DNA from: Acaryochloris marina S15
GTDB lineage: Bacteria; Cyanobacteriota; Cyanobacteriia; Thermosynechococcales; Thermosynechococcaceae
Reading direction: 5' to 3'
Length of the DNA: 32,000 nucleotides
Assembly: GCF_018336915.1 (NCBI RefSeq)
Contig: NZ_CP064923.1
Span: 210,001-242,000 of the forward strand
The notes under the pieces are model-generated. The model saw only the letters and a program-made list of their open reading frames with translations. It was not told the DNA's origin and did not search any database. Made by a program: the position numbers and the translations under genes. The first letter of the stretch is position 1. Each line of letters opens with the position of its first letter. This document shows, in pieces, positions 1-8,597 of this stretch.

Positions 1-422
1 ATCGTCTGAAAATCATTGCTTTATGGACCGCATTTCTTTTAGGGATGCTTTTCCATACCCCATTGGCTTTAATGCCTTTGTTTCACGGTTTGAGTGTTGC
101 CCACTCTCATACCCATGATTATTTACCCCTCAACACCCTCTTTGGGTTGATGTTAGGACTGTTTGGTATTGCCATGGCTGCCATCGTCACTACGGCCTTG
201 GTGAATGGACAAAGATACAAAACGCTACATTTTGGCTTGACCTTGTTATACACCGCCATTAACGGCAGCCATCTGATCTTCGATGTCCTGGTAGGCGTTC
301 CCAGCTATCTGCTTTGCCGGATGGGCTATCTGCTGATTATGGGTCTCCTGCTTAACGTTGTGGCTTTTCAATGGTTTGACTCAGAGTCGAATAAACAACC
401 GGTCTTGAGGTCAGTCCATTGA
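1..422 (+). CDS. Hypothetical integral membrane protein; 5' end probably lies outside the window
   Basis: ORF 45..422. The same frame stays open back to nt 3 (..RLKIIALWTAFLLG before MLFH..). Hydrophobic helices are present (GLMLGLFGIAMAAIVTTALV, GYLLIMGLLLNVVAF). No family recognised. Confidence 0.45.
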   Translation, partial: RLKIIALWTAFLLGMLFHTPLALMPLFHGLSVAHSHTHDYLPLNTLFGLMLGLFGIAMAAIVTTALVNGQRYKTLHFGLTLLYTAINGSHLIFDVLVGVPSYLLCRMGYLLIMGLLLNVVAFQWFDSESNKQPVLRSVH

Positions 423-544
423 CTGTTAAGACCGGTTTTCCTGACCGTTCGATAGACGTCTCCCTGGTGCGATCGCAAAAATTTGCCCATAATTGGAGTG
501 GCGATTCCTTCAGAGATTCAATCGGACCCAACGTCAGGAGGCCG

Positions 545-2827
545 ATGATGAAAATACTTGTTGTTGAGGATGATCAGGCCACGTCTGAAACCTTAACTAC
601 ACTCCTCAACCAGTGCAGCTATGCGGTGGAAACTGCGACTGATGGTGAAACGGCTGCTGATCTGGTGGCTGCTTTTGAGTATGATTTACTCTTGCTCGAT
701 GTCATGTTGCCGAAGATAGATGGCATCACCCTCTGTCGGCAGCTGCGCAATCAAGGCCATACCATGCCGATTTTGCTGCTGACGGGGAAGGGTGATAGCC
801 ATGACAAGGCGGTCGGCCTAGATGCGGGTGCTGATGATTATGTGGTCAAACCCTTTGACCTGGAAGAATTAGAAGCTCGCATTCGGGCCTTACTGCGGCG
901 GGGGCATCTCTATACAACACCTATCTTGGAATGGGGCCAGATCCAGCTCGATCCCAGTTCCACCCAGGTGAGCTACCGTCAGCAACTCCTAGCCCTTACC
1001 CCCAAAGAATATGCTCTTTTAGAATTGCTCATGCGTAACCCTCGGCGGGTCTATAGCTGCGGTATGTTGCTAGAACATCTATGGACCTATGAGGATATGC
1101 CAGGGGAAGAGGCCGTTAGAACTCATATTAAAGGTCTCCGCCACAAGCTGCGTGACGCCGATGCTCCCGCCGATATGATCACAACCGTCTATGGGATTGG
1201 CTATCGCCTCAAACCTTTAGCAGAATTAGAGAAGGAGGCACCGTCGTTTCAGGAAGAAAATCAAGCAGCCATTGCTAATATTTGGCAGCGGTATCAAGCC
1301 CGTATTAGTCGTCAGGTGCAGGTTTTGGAACAAGCCAGTGCCGCCTTCCAAACCCACCAAGGCCAGCTGAACCCTGAACAGCAGCAGCGGGCCGAACAAG
1401 AGGCCCATACTTTGGCTGGTGCCCTGGGGATGTTTGGCATTCATGCCGGTACTGACCTTGCCCGTCAGATTGAGCAGCTACTGCGGCTGCCTCAACCCCT
1501 AGGGATGGAGCATATCAAGCAATTCCAGGCTCAGGTAGAGACCCTCAGACAGACGATTGAGGCCTATGGACCTTTCACCCCCACTGATGTGAGCGAGTCG
1601 CTGCCTCCCCTCCCCTCCTTACTGGTGATTGATGCGGATCGAGACTGGATTAAGGATTTAACGGGGCAAGCTAGCCATTGGGACTGGACGGTGCGAGCCG
1701 TGATGGATTTAGACGCTGCCCAAACAGCACTGACCCAGGATCTGCCCCAGGTGATTTTGCTCGATCCAGCAGTGGCTGACCATAAAAATCAAACGATTGC
1801 TTTCCTAGAAAAGGTTACACATTTTACGCCTCCGATTCCGGTGCTCTTTTATGGATCTCCGAATGGATTGCACTCCCGTTTAGAAGTGGCTCGCCTCGGT
1901 GGCAAAGCTTATTTAGAAAAGCCCATTGTTCCCAAGCAGGTGTTGCATGAAGTTGATCGGGTCCTGCACCAGTCCCAAGCCATTACCGCCAAAGTAATGA
2001 TTGTGGATGATGATCCGCATTTACTGCAATTTCTGCCGCCGTTACTGGAGCCTTGGGGGTTTAAAGTGAGTACTCTCGCTGATTCCAGGCTGTTTTGGCA
2101 AACCTTGGTCGCGGCTGCCCCTGATTTACTAATCCTCGATGTTGAAATGCCCGATGTCAGCGGCATGGAACTCTGCCAAATCGTTCGCAATGATCCGTAC
2201 TGGCAGAATCTGCCGATTATCTTTTTAACGGCCCATACGGAAGCTGAAATAGTGAATCAGATTTTCGTCCTGGGTGCGGATGATTTTGTCAGTAAACCCG
2301 TCGTCGGCCCCGAACTCGTCGTGCGCCTGGTCAATCGCCTCGAGCGGATGCAGCTATCGCAACAGTTATGGCAGGTGGATACCCTCACAAAAGCCTATAA
2401 GCGGCAACCCGCTATTCCTCGCCTAGAGCAGATGATGAAACGGGCCCAAGAGTCACAGCAACCCTTGAGTTTGGGTTTAGTGAAGGTGATGAATCTGCGG
2501 AACATTAATGCTGAGTTTGACTTGGAAACTGGAGACTCTGTTTTGCGTCAGGTGGGCTATGCCCTATGCCAAGGCTGTGGGCAAGAAGATGTGGTTGCTC
2601 GCTGGAGTAGCAATGAATTCTTGATGGGGCTCCAGGGGATCCGGAGCGATGATGCAGAGCATCATATTCAGCATCTATGTCAGGACTATCTCCAGACTCA
2701 CCAACAGACGGATGATGCTGTTCCGATTCAGCTTGACTTAGGGGTTGTACAATATCCCGAGGCTGGGAAAACCTTATCTGCGCTATACAAAGCAGCAGAT
2801 CAGCGCCGGCAACGTGAGGCAGACTGA
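545..2827 (+). CDS. Multidomain response regulator: REC, OmpR-type winged helix, HPt, receiver-like domain, REC, degenerate GGDEF
   Basis: ORF 419..2827 trimmed to ATG 545 or 548, just after AGGAGG at 536-541. REC1 is MMKILVVEDD..LLLDVMLPKIDG..VVKPF. The wHTH is LTPKEYALLELLMRNP..VYGIGYRLK. The HPt motif is AHTLAGALGMFG, with His at 1406-1408. The second receiver-like domain is LLVIDADRD..VILLD..LEKPI. The third REC is KVMIVDDD..LILDVEMPDVSG..VSKPV. The C-terminal GGDEF fold has SSNEF in place of GG(D/E)EF at 2606-2620. Confidence 0.85.
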   Translation: MMKILVVEDDQATSETLTTLLNQCSYAVETATDGETAADLVAAFEYDLLLLDVMLPKIDGITLCRQLRNQGHTMPILLLTGKGDSHDKAVGLDAGADDYVVKPFDLEELEARIRALLRRGHLYTTPILEWGQIQLDPSSTQVSYRQQLLALTPKEYALLELLMRNPRRVYSCGMLLEHLWTYEDMPGEEAVRTHIKGLRHKLRDADAPADMITTVYGIGYRLKPLAELEKEAPSFQEENQAAIANIWQRYQARISRQVQVLEQASAAFQTHQGQLNPEQQQRAEQEAHTLAGALGMFGIHAGTDLARQIEQLLRLPQPLGMEHIKQFQAQVETLRQTIEAYGPFTPTDVSESLPPLPSLLVIDADRDWIKDLTGQASHWDWTVRAVMDLDAAQTALTQDLPQVILLDPAVADHKNQTIAFLEKVTHFTPPIPVLFYGSPNGLHSRLEVARLGGKAYLEKPIVPKQVLHEVDRVLHQSQAITAKVMIVDDDPHLLQFLPPLLEPWGFKVSTLADSRLFWQTLVAAAPDLLILDVEMPDVSGMELCQIVRNDPYWQNLPIIFLTAHTEAEIVNQIFVLGADDFVSKPVVGPELVVRLVNRLERMQLSQQLWQVDTLTKAYKRQPAIPRLEQMMKRAQESQQPLSLGLVKVMNLRNINAEFDLETGDSVLRQVGYALCQGCGQEDVVARWSSNEFLMGLQGIRSDDAEHHIQHLCQDYLQTHQQTDDAVPIQLDLGVVQYPEAGKTLSALYKAADQRRQREAD

Positions 2828-5454
2828 TGATGATTGAGCAAGTCCACCTTCTTCCTGAACAACAGAGCTGGATGACTTCGCTGTTGAATACTTTGCCAGC
2901 GCTGGTGGTGATTTTGGATGCGAAAGGTCGGATTGTCGGCTTCAATCAGGCTTGTGAGCAGGTTTCTGGGTATACCTTTGCTGAGGTGAAAGAGCGATTT
3001 CTTTGGCAGGATTTGCTGTTGCCAGAGGAACGAGCAGGGGTACAAGCCGTTTTTGAACAATTGCTCTCCCATCAAGGCCCCAAACAATATCAAAATCACT
3101 GGCAGACGAAAACAGGAGAGCGCCATTTGATTGCCTGGTCCAATTCAGTGATTCAGCAGGGACAGGCGGTCCAATTTGTGATTGGGACAGGGATTGATAT
3201 TACCGAGCAGCAGCAGTCGGCGTTGGCCTTGCAGCAGCAAATTGAGCATGAGCAGCTTTTGAGTGGGATCGCAGCTCGGATTCGCCAATCTCTAGATCTC
3301 CACACTATCCTCAACACCACCGTTGATGAAGTCCGGCAAGTGTTAGAGACGGATCGCGTTTTGATCTTCCGCCTTGAACGAAATTGGGACGGTATTGTCT
3401 TGGTGGAATCCGTGGATACGGACCAATGGCCTTCCATTCTGGGGGTTAAAATTCACGATCCGTGTTTTCCCGATATCTATAGTGGGGCACCTGAGCAAAT
3501 CCGTGCCAGCGCTGTTGATAATATCTACACCGCTAACCTTTCACCCTGCCATCAAGAGCTACTGAAGGAATTTCAGATTCAAGCCAATTTAGTGGTCCCC
3601 ATTATTTTGGAGAATCGAGTCTGGGGACTGCTGATGGCCCATCATTGTCGTGAACCGCGCCATTGGAAATCTCTAGAGATTAAGTTGCTGAGTCGGCTGG
3701 CGATTCAACTTGCGATCGCAATTCAGCAATCGGAACTGTACTGCCAGCTGCAGGCGGAATTGACCGAACGCGAGCAAGTAGAAGTCGTTCTGCAAGAAGC
3801 CAAACATAATCTAGAACAGCGGGTTGCCGAACGAACAGCAGCCCTACGCCAGGCCAACCAACAATTACGGTCTGAACTGCTGACGCGCCAGCAGGCAGAA
3901 GCTGCCTTACAACATTCTCAAAAACGGATCTCCGGCATTTTGGAAATTGCCGATGACGCCATCATTTCCGTGGATGCCTCGCATATCATCACGCTGTTTA
4001 ATCAAGGGGCAGAGAAAATGTTTGGGTATCGCCGTCAAGATATCCTCGGCCAACCTTTGAATCTCCTATTGCCTGATGATTTGGTGAATTATGCTCAGAC
4101 TCCGACAGACGGCATTTCAACGACAACCTACCAGATGGGGGCACGACGACGTCCGATTACAGCGCAGCGCCGAGATGGCACCTACTTTACGGCAGAGGCC
4201 TCTATCTCTAAACTACAGCTGGGGGATGAACAGGTCTTTACCGCCATTCTGCGAGATATTACAGATCGCTTAGAAGCCCAAGCCTCCCTAACTAAGCTCA
4301 CCCGCCAAAACGAATTAATCCTCAATTCCATGGGTGAAGGACTTTGTGGGGTGGATCTGCAATATCACATCACCTTTGTTAATCCCGCTGCGGCTGACAT
4401 GCTAGGCTATGCGATCCCTGAGCTGATTGGTCAACCCGTAGAGACCATCTTGGGGACGAATCCTCAGCACCTTGATGGGGATCTAGATGCCCTGTATCCC
4501 TTTGAGGATTCGTTGATTTCTGGCACAATCCATCGGTTTATTACCGATGAATTTCAACGATGGGACGGCACGATGTTTCCAGTGGAATATGTGAGTACCC
4601 CCATTCGTGAAAACGACATCATTATGGGGGCAGTGATCACCTTCAAAGATGTGAGTGATCGTCAGGTGGTTGAACGCATGAAGGATGAATTTATTTCCGT
4701 GGTTAGCCATGAACTGCGTACTCCCCTCACCTCGATTCACGGGTCCCTGCGGATGCTCACCAGTGGACTATTAACCGCTCACCCGGACAAGAGTCAACGA
4801 CTCCTCCAAATTGCCGTGGATAGTACGGATCGCCTGGTGCGCCTGATCAATGACATTCTAGATGTAGAACGGATTGAGTCGGGTGAGGTCGGTATGACAA
4901 CATACCCGTATAATATTGCCGATTTAATGACCCAAGCTACCAATACCATGCAGGGCATGGCTGCTCAGATGAAAGTCGAATTGGCGGTGACGCCTTTAGC
5001 CGTATTGACAGATGTGGCTGGCGATCGGATTGTCCAAACCCTCACTAATCTCCTGAGCAACGCCATCAAATTTTCCCGTCCAGGGGGCACCGTTGCCATG
5101 AGTGCACACCTCATGCCCCAACAGCCCCCTAGCTGTTCTTTGACCTCAACCACCACTGAGCTATCTCTTTCCCCGGCAGATGCGCCTCAGGTTTGTATAT
5201 GGGTCCGGGATCAAGGCAGAGGGATTCCTCCAGATAAAATTGACACCATCTTTGAACGGTTTCAACAAGCTGATTCTTCAGATGCTCGTGATCATGAAGG
5301 TACGGGGTTAGGCCTAGCCATTTGCCAAAGTATTGTGCACCAACATGGCGGCCACATTTGGGTAGAAAGTCAACTGGGTAAAGGCAGTACCTTTTCCTTC
5401 ACATTACCCATTCAACGAGACGATATTGCAAACAAAGGTAGACCGGTTACATGA
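2827..5454 (+). CDS. Sensor histidine kinase, PAS-GAF-PAS-PAS-HisKA-HATPase; the GAF is cyanobacteriochrome-like
   Basis: ATG 2827 overlaps the upstream TGA (2825-2827). H-box is FISVVSHELRTPLTSIHG. ATPase boxes are LLSNAIKFS, DQGRGIP and GTGLGLAICQ. Two PAS domains lie after a coiled coil (QAELTEREQVE..). No C-terminal receiver. Confidence 0.9.
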   Translation: MMIEQVHLLPEQQSWMTSLLNTLPALVVILDAKGRIVGFNQACEQVSGYTFAEVKERFLWQDLLLPEERAGVQAVFEQLLSHQGPKQYQNHWQTKTGERHLIAWSNSVIQQGQAVQFVIGTGIDITEQQQSALALQQQIEHEQLLSGIAARIRQSLDLHTILNTTVDEVRQVLETDRVLIFRLERNWDGIVLVESVDTDQWPSILGVKIHDPCFPDIYSGAPEQIRASAVDNIYTANLSPCHQELLKEFQIQANLVVPIILENRVWGLLMAHHCREPRHWKSLEIKLLSRLAIQLAIAIQQSELYCQLQAELTEREQVEVVLQEAKHNLEQRVAERTAALRQANQQLRSELLTRQQAEAALQHSQKRISGILEIADDAIISVDASHIITLFNQGAEKMFGYRRQDILGQPLNLLLPDDLVNYAQTPTDGISTTTYQMGARRRPITAQRRDGTYFTAEASISKLQLGDEQVFTAILRDITDRLEAQASLTKLTRQNELILNSMGEGLCGVDLQYHITFVNPAAADMLGYAIPELIGQPVETILGTNPQHLDGDLDALYPFEDSLISGTIHRFITDEFQRWDGTMFPVEYVSTPIRENDIIMGAVITFKDVSDRQVVERMKDEFISVVSHELRTPLTSIHGSLRMLTSGLLTAHPDKSQRLLQIAVDSTDRLVRLINDILDVERIESGEVGMTTYPYNIADLMTQATNTMQGMAAQMKVELAVTPLAVLTDVAGDRIVQTLTNLLSNAIKFSRPGGTVAMSAHLMPQQPPSCSLTSTTTELSLSPADAPQVCIWVRDQGRGIPPDKIDTIFERFQQADSSDARDHEGTGLGLAICQSIVHQHGGHIWVESQLGKGSTFSFTLPIQRDDIANKGRPVT
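3274..3726 (+). other. GAF domain with DXCF-class cyanobacteriochrome signature (putative bilin-binding photosensor)
   Basis: Sequence is DRVLIFRLERNWDGIVLVESV..IHDPCFPDIY..VDNIYTANLSPCHQELLKEFQIQANLVVPI..VWGLLMAHHC. The DPCF Cys codon is at 3463-3465. The canonical CH Cys codon is at 3547-3549. Confidence 0.6.
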
Positions 5455-5831
5455 CAGCAAAGTGCATCCTCGTAGTGGATAACGAGCTATACATTCAAGA
5501 AGTGGTCCAGATTGCGTTAGAGACCATCAAAAATTGGCGCGTTGTCACCGCCAGTTCAGGTGCTGAAGGTCTGCTGAAGGCGGAGAAAGTCCGTCCCGAT
5601 GCCATTCTTCTGGATATGATGATGCCGGATATGGATGGGGCCACCACCTTTCAGAAACTCCAGGCCAATCCCCTGACTCAAGCCATTCCGGTGCTGTTAC
5701 TGACCGCTAAAATTCAAACAGCGGATCAAAAACGTTATCAGGAGATGGGGGTGCATTCCACCATCGCCAAACCCTTCGATCCTTTACAGCTTCCCGCTCA
5801 GATTGCAGATGTATTAGGCTGGCAGTTATAG
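5451..5831 (+). CDS. Single-domain CheY-like response regulator
   Basis: ATGA start/stop overlap with the kinase at 5451-5454. Motifs are ILVVDNE, ILLDMMMPDMDG, LLLTAK and IAKPF. Confidence 0.9.
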   Translation: MTAKCILVVDNELYIQEVVQIALETIKNWRVVTASSGAEGLLKAEKVRPDAILLDMMMPDMDGATTFQKLQANPLTQAIPVLLLTAKIQTADQKRYQEMGVHSTIAKPFDPLQLPAQIADVLGWQL

Positions 5832-5865
5832 CCTCTTAAAAGCCTGATCCTTACTCTCTTTCCGC

Positions 5866-6963
5866 ATGAAGCCATCTGAATCTTCTCTCACTTTTTCGAT
5901 TGCCAGTTTGCTGCGTTTGGGAGTCATCAGTTTAGGGCTGCTGTTATTGTGGCAACTCCAAAATCTAGTGGTGGTGTTGATGATTTCTATCGTCTTGGCA
6001 TCCACCCTTGCCCCCATTATTCAACAGGTAGAATCGTTGCGAGCCCCTCGGTGGCTGGCAGTTTTGGGGGTGTATGTCAGCCTGATTGGTGCGGCCATTA
6101 CGGCAACCTTGGTGATTGGTCCCACGATTACAGAGCAAATTCAGCGAATTTTCATTGCCCTACCCGGATACCTAGATACCCTCACTACGCTGATTGAGGA
6201 ATCGATCATGCAGATGGGCATTAGTAAGCCAGAAGATTTGGGCATGATCAATCAATTGTTCGATCTACAAGCCCTAACCGCCTGGACCTTTCGATCCAGT
6301 CAAAAGCTGATTCTTCAGTCTGTAGATATCACCAAAGGTTTATTGGGAGGCGTCTTTAATTTACTCTTGGCCTTGATTTTGTCAGCCTATATGTTGTCAG
6401 ATTCCCAACGATTACTGAATGGCCTCGTATCGCTTTTTCCTCAACCCTGGGAGCAGCGGCTGGCTGACCAAGTGCATCCGGTGAGTCAACGCATGGGGGC
6501 CTATATTCAAGGGAGATTGTTGGTCTCGCTGATCTTGGGGACAACGGTCAGCATTGGCTTGAAGCTGATTGGGATCGCCGAAGTGGCTTTGGGACTAGGT
6601 GCGATTGCAGGACTAACGAACCTGATTCCCTTTTTTGGACCGGTGCTGGGTGCTATTCCTGCCTTACTGGTGGCTGTTGCCCAGGGGGGGTGGACCGTGG
6701 TGTGGGTGTTTTTACTGTTTGTGTTGATCCAAAATCTGGAAACCTATGTTCTCGATCCGTTAGTGGTGAGTCCGTCGGTGAATGTGCCGCCACTTTACCA
6801 ACTGCTAGCAGTCTTGGGTGGCACCCAAGTCTTAGGGATTATTGGGGCGTTAATTGCTCCACCTTGGGTAGCTGCAGGGGGAGTCTTGATCGAGAATTTA
6901 TATCTGCACCCCAAACGTGAAGCAGAGCAAAATACTCAGCCTGCTGTGGAAACCGTCAGTTGA
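5866..6963 (+). CDS. AI-2E family (PerM/UPF0118) membrane transporter
   Basis: 365-aa polytopic protein. It has the typical GLTNLIPFFGPVLGAIPALLVAV motif and the family's size and organisation. Confidence 0.75.
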   Translation: MKPSESSLTFSIASLLRLGVISLGLLLLWQLQNLVVVLMISIVLASTLAPIIQQVESLRAPRWLAVLGVYVSLIGAAITATLVIGPTITEQIQRIFIALPGYLDTLTTLIEESIMQMGISKPEDLGMINQLFDLQALTAWTFRSSQKLILQSVDITKGLLGGVFNLLLALILSAYMLSDSQRLLNGLVSLFPQPWEQRLADQVHPVSQRMGAYIQGRLLVSLILGTTVSIGLKLIGIAEVALGLGAIAGLTNLIPFFGPVLGAIPALLVAVAQGGWTVVWVFLLFVLIQNLETYVLDPLVVSPSVNVPPLYQLLAVLGGTQVLGIIGALIAPPWVAAGGVLIENLYLHPKREAEQNTQPAVETVS

Positions 6964-7073
6964 CTATGGTTCAGGCGATCTGATCCCTGATTGCCAGGCT
7001 TGCCCAGCTATCCTCACAGTTTCCCCAAGTTTAGAGAGTATTCTCCACATAAAGGATACTAGCCAGCTTTGGC

Positions 7074-7436
7074 ATGGCAGTAGGTCCTAATCTGAATAGC
7101 TGCGTTCGACCCCCCAAAACACTAATGACTACAACACTGATTAATCTCACCCTTGCCATTGTGCATGAAGAGGCGGAGTTACTCGCAGAGTATTGTCCCA
7201 ATCCTATTTACCAGGATGTGCTCGGGAATCCCATTGCTAAACAGGAACTGATGACCTATGTTCTGAGTCGAATTCCCAATACCTATGTGCTTACAGCGGC
7301 ACCCAAGACGATGAATGCTCGTGGACAAACCACTGCTTACCGTCTCCAAATCGAGACTCTGCTTAAACAAGGGATAGATTCAGTTTGCTGCTATCGTCCC
7401 ATGAAGGCTGATTTTAGGGAGACTCAGAAGGTTTGA
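7074..7436 (+). CDS. Hypothetical protein (weak ComFB-like pattern); alternative start at 7125
   Basis: 120-aa ORF. LINLTLAIVHEEAE..ELMTYVLSRIPNTYVL loosely recalls the ComFB N-terminal and LNxLPPxY pattern. No clear RBS at either start. Confidence 0.4.
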   Translation: MAVGPNLNSCVRPPKTLMTTTLINLTLAIVHEEAELLAEYCPNPIYQDVLGNPIAKQELMTYVLSRIPNTYVLTAAPKTMNARGQTTAYRLQIETLLKQGIDSVCCYRPMKADFRETQKV

Positions 7437-7561
7437 GTAGCGGTTATACAATACTTTTTTTCTCTAGATAGAATAAAATGCTGAATACTATCCTGACTAT
7501 TTTTGTTTATAGATACGATTTTTTAACCTAACCAAGCATTAAGCCTGCTGGGGTGCTGGAG

Positions 7562-7798
7562 ATGCCTACTAACCGATATCAACAACTGATTAACTTTTTG
7601 ACCCAAGAGGTAGGGATTTCGACGGAGTCGATCAATATTGCCCTCAAGTCTTGCCAGCAACAGCAGGGGCCATTGCCCATAATCCTTTGGCAGTACGGTT
7701 TGATTACCTTAGAGCAGCTCAATGATGTCTTCCATTGGATCGAGACATCGTTTAGTCCAGATGAGACCTACAACATTACAATCACTTGTGAAAAATGA
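7562..7798 (+). CDS. DUF2949-type small cyanobacterial protein
   Basis: LINFLTQEVGIS..GPLPIILWQYGLITLEQLNDVFHWIE matches my memory of the DUF2949 consensus. ORF-track start 7553 is GTG; ATG 7562 is preferred. Confidence 0.6.
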   Translation: MPTNRYQQLINFLTQEVGISTESINIALKSCQQQQGPLPIILWQYGLITLEQLNDVFHWIETSFSPDETYNITITCEK

Positions 7799-7805
7799 GG
7801 TTTTT

Positions 7806-8090
7806 ATGTTCTCTTTAACAACCAAACATCAACCGTGGTGGGTGCATATTCAAACCACGATTCCTGATTGTCAATATTATTTTGGTCCGTTTGACAGTAT
7901 TGAAGAGGCGGAAGCCCATCAGTCAGGTTATGTGGAAGATTTAGTTCAAGAGCAGGCCTTGGAAATTGTGGTCAAAGTCAGCCGCTGCCAACCTGAAATG
8001 TTGACCCTATGCGATGAAGAAGAGGTCTATCCCATCAGCCTGCGGGATCTGTCCCCTTACGACCGACCAACGGTTTTATGCTACAGCTAG
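7806..8090 (+). CDS. DUF1816-type cyanobacterial protein
   Basis: WWVHIQTTIPDCQYYFGPFDSIEEAEAHQSGYVEDLVQEQA fits the DUF1816 pattern. ATG 7806 is preceded by GAGG at 7797-7800. The 5' part of ORF 7722..8090 overlaps the previous gene and is discarded. Confidence 0.6.
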   Translation: MFSLTTKHQPWWVHIQTTIPDCQYYFGPFDSIEEAEAHQSGYVEDLVQEQALEIVVKVSRCQPEMLTLCDEEEVYPISLRDLSPYDRPTVLCYS

Positions 8091-8093
8091 CCC

Positions 8094-8408
8094 TTAATCG
8101 GCGGTAATCCAGAAAAAGCCTGGATCTGTACGCCGTTGATCATCTAATAATTCAGATTCCCAAATATCAGGATTGGCTGTGGCTTCTAAGGGGCGCTTGC
8201 CCGACATTTGCAGATTTAGGTCGGGGGTCTTGGAGGAGGTCTCGCTGTTTTCAGAGAATAGGGTAATGGAGGGCTTCACTTCACCCCCCAAGGCTTTAGC
8301 AGACTCTCGCTGCGGGTTGGGGTTGCTAGAGGCGGTTGTTCCTGCCCAGGCTGGGCTGGCGAACGTGGTGAGCAGACTGGCAAACAGGATGAGTTTGAGG
8401 GAAGTCAT
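8094..8408 (-). CDS. Small secreted hypothetical protein
   Basis: N-terminal signal peptide MTSLKLILFASLLTTFASPAWA followed by a low-complexity Ser/Thr/Pro-rich region. Preferred over antisense ORF 8173..8496. Confidence 0.45.
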   Translation of the reverse strand: MTSLKLILFASLLTTFASPAWAGTTASSNPNPQRESAKALGGEVKPSITLFSENSETSSKTPDLNLQMSGKRPLEATANPDIWESELLDDQRRTDPGFFWITAD

Positions 8409-8597
8409 GGTGGTTGTGAGGATTTCAGATACTGGCAGTCTAGAAACTCGCTGCAGAAATTGGGGTGTCTCAGCCCAGCCTGTGATAGCGATCTAGATCA
8501 TTGCTAGGATGCCCACTCTCTCGGGAGAGAGATCTTGGGGATTGATTTGCGATCTCATCCCCCAACCATCAGAACTTCAGGACAATAGCCAGAATCT

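Noticed and set aside
419-544. N-terminal 42 codons of ORF 419..2827 (TTG start)
   Set aside because: A strong AGGAGG lies directly before ATG 545/548, and the receiver domain begins right there. The upstream extension has no domain content.
8173-8496. 107-aa plus-strand ORF
   Set aside because: It is antisense to the ORF with a clean signal peptide (8094..8408) and has no features of its own. Neither ORF is strongly supported, and the signal-peptide ORF was preferred.
8516-8531. Palindrome CTCTCTCGGGAGAGAG downstream of pstB as an intrinsic terminator
   Set aside because: The stem is short with a tiny loop, and no U-tract follows on the minus strand. Not convincing.
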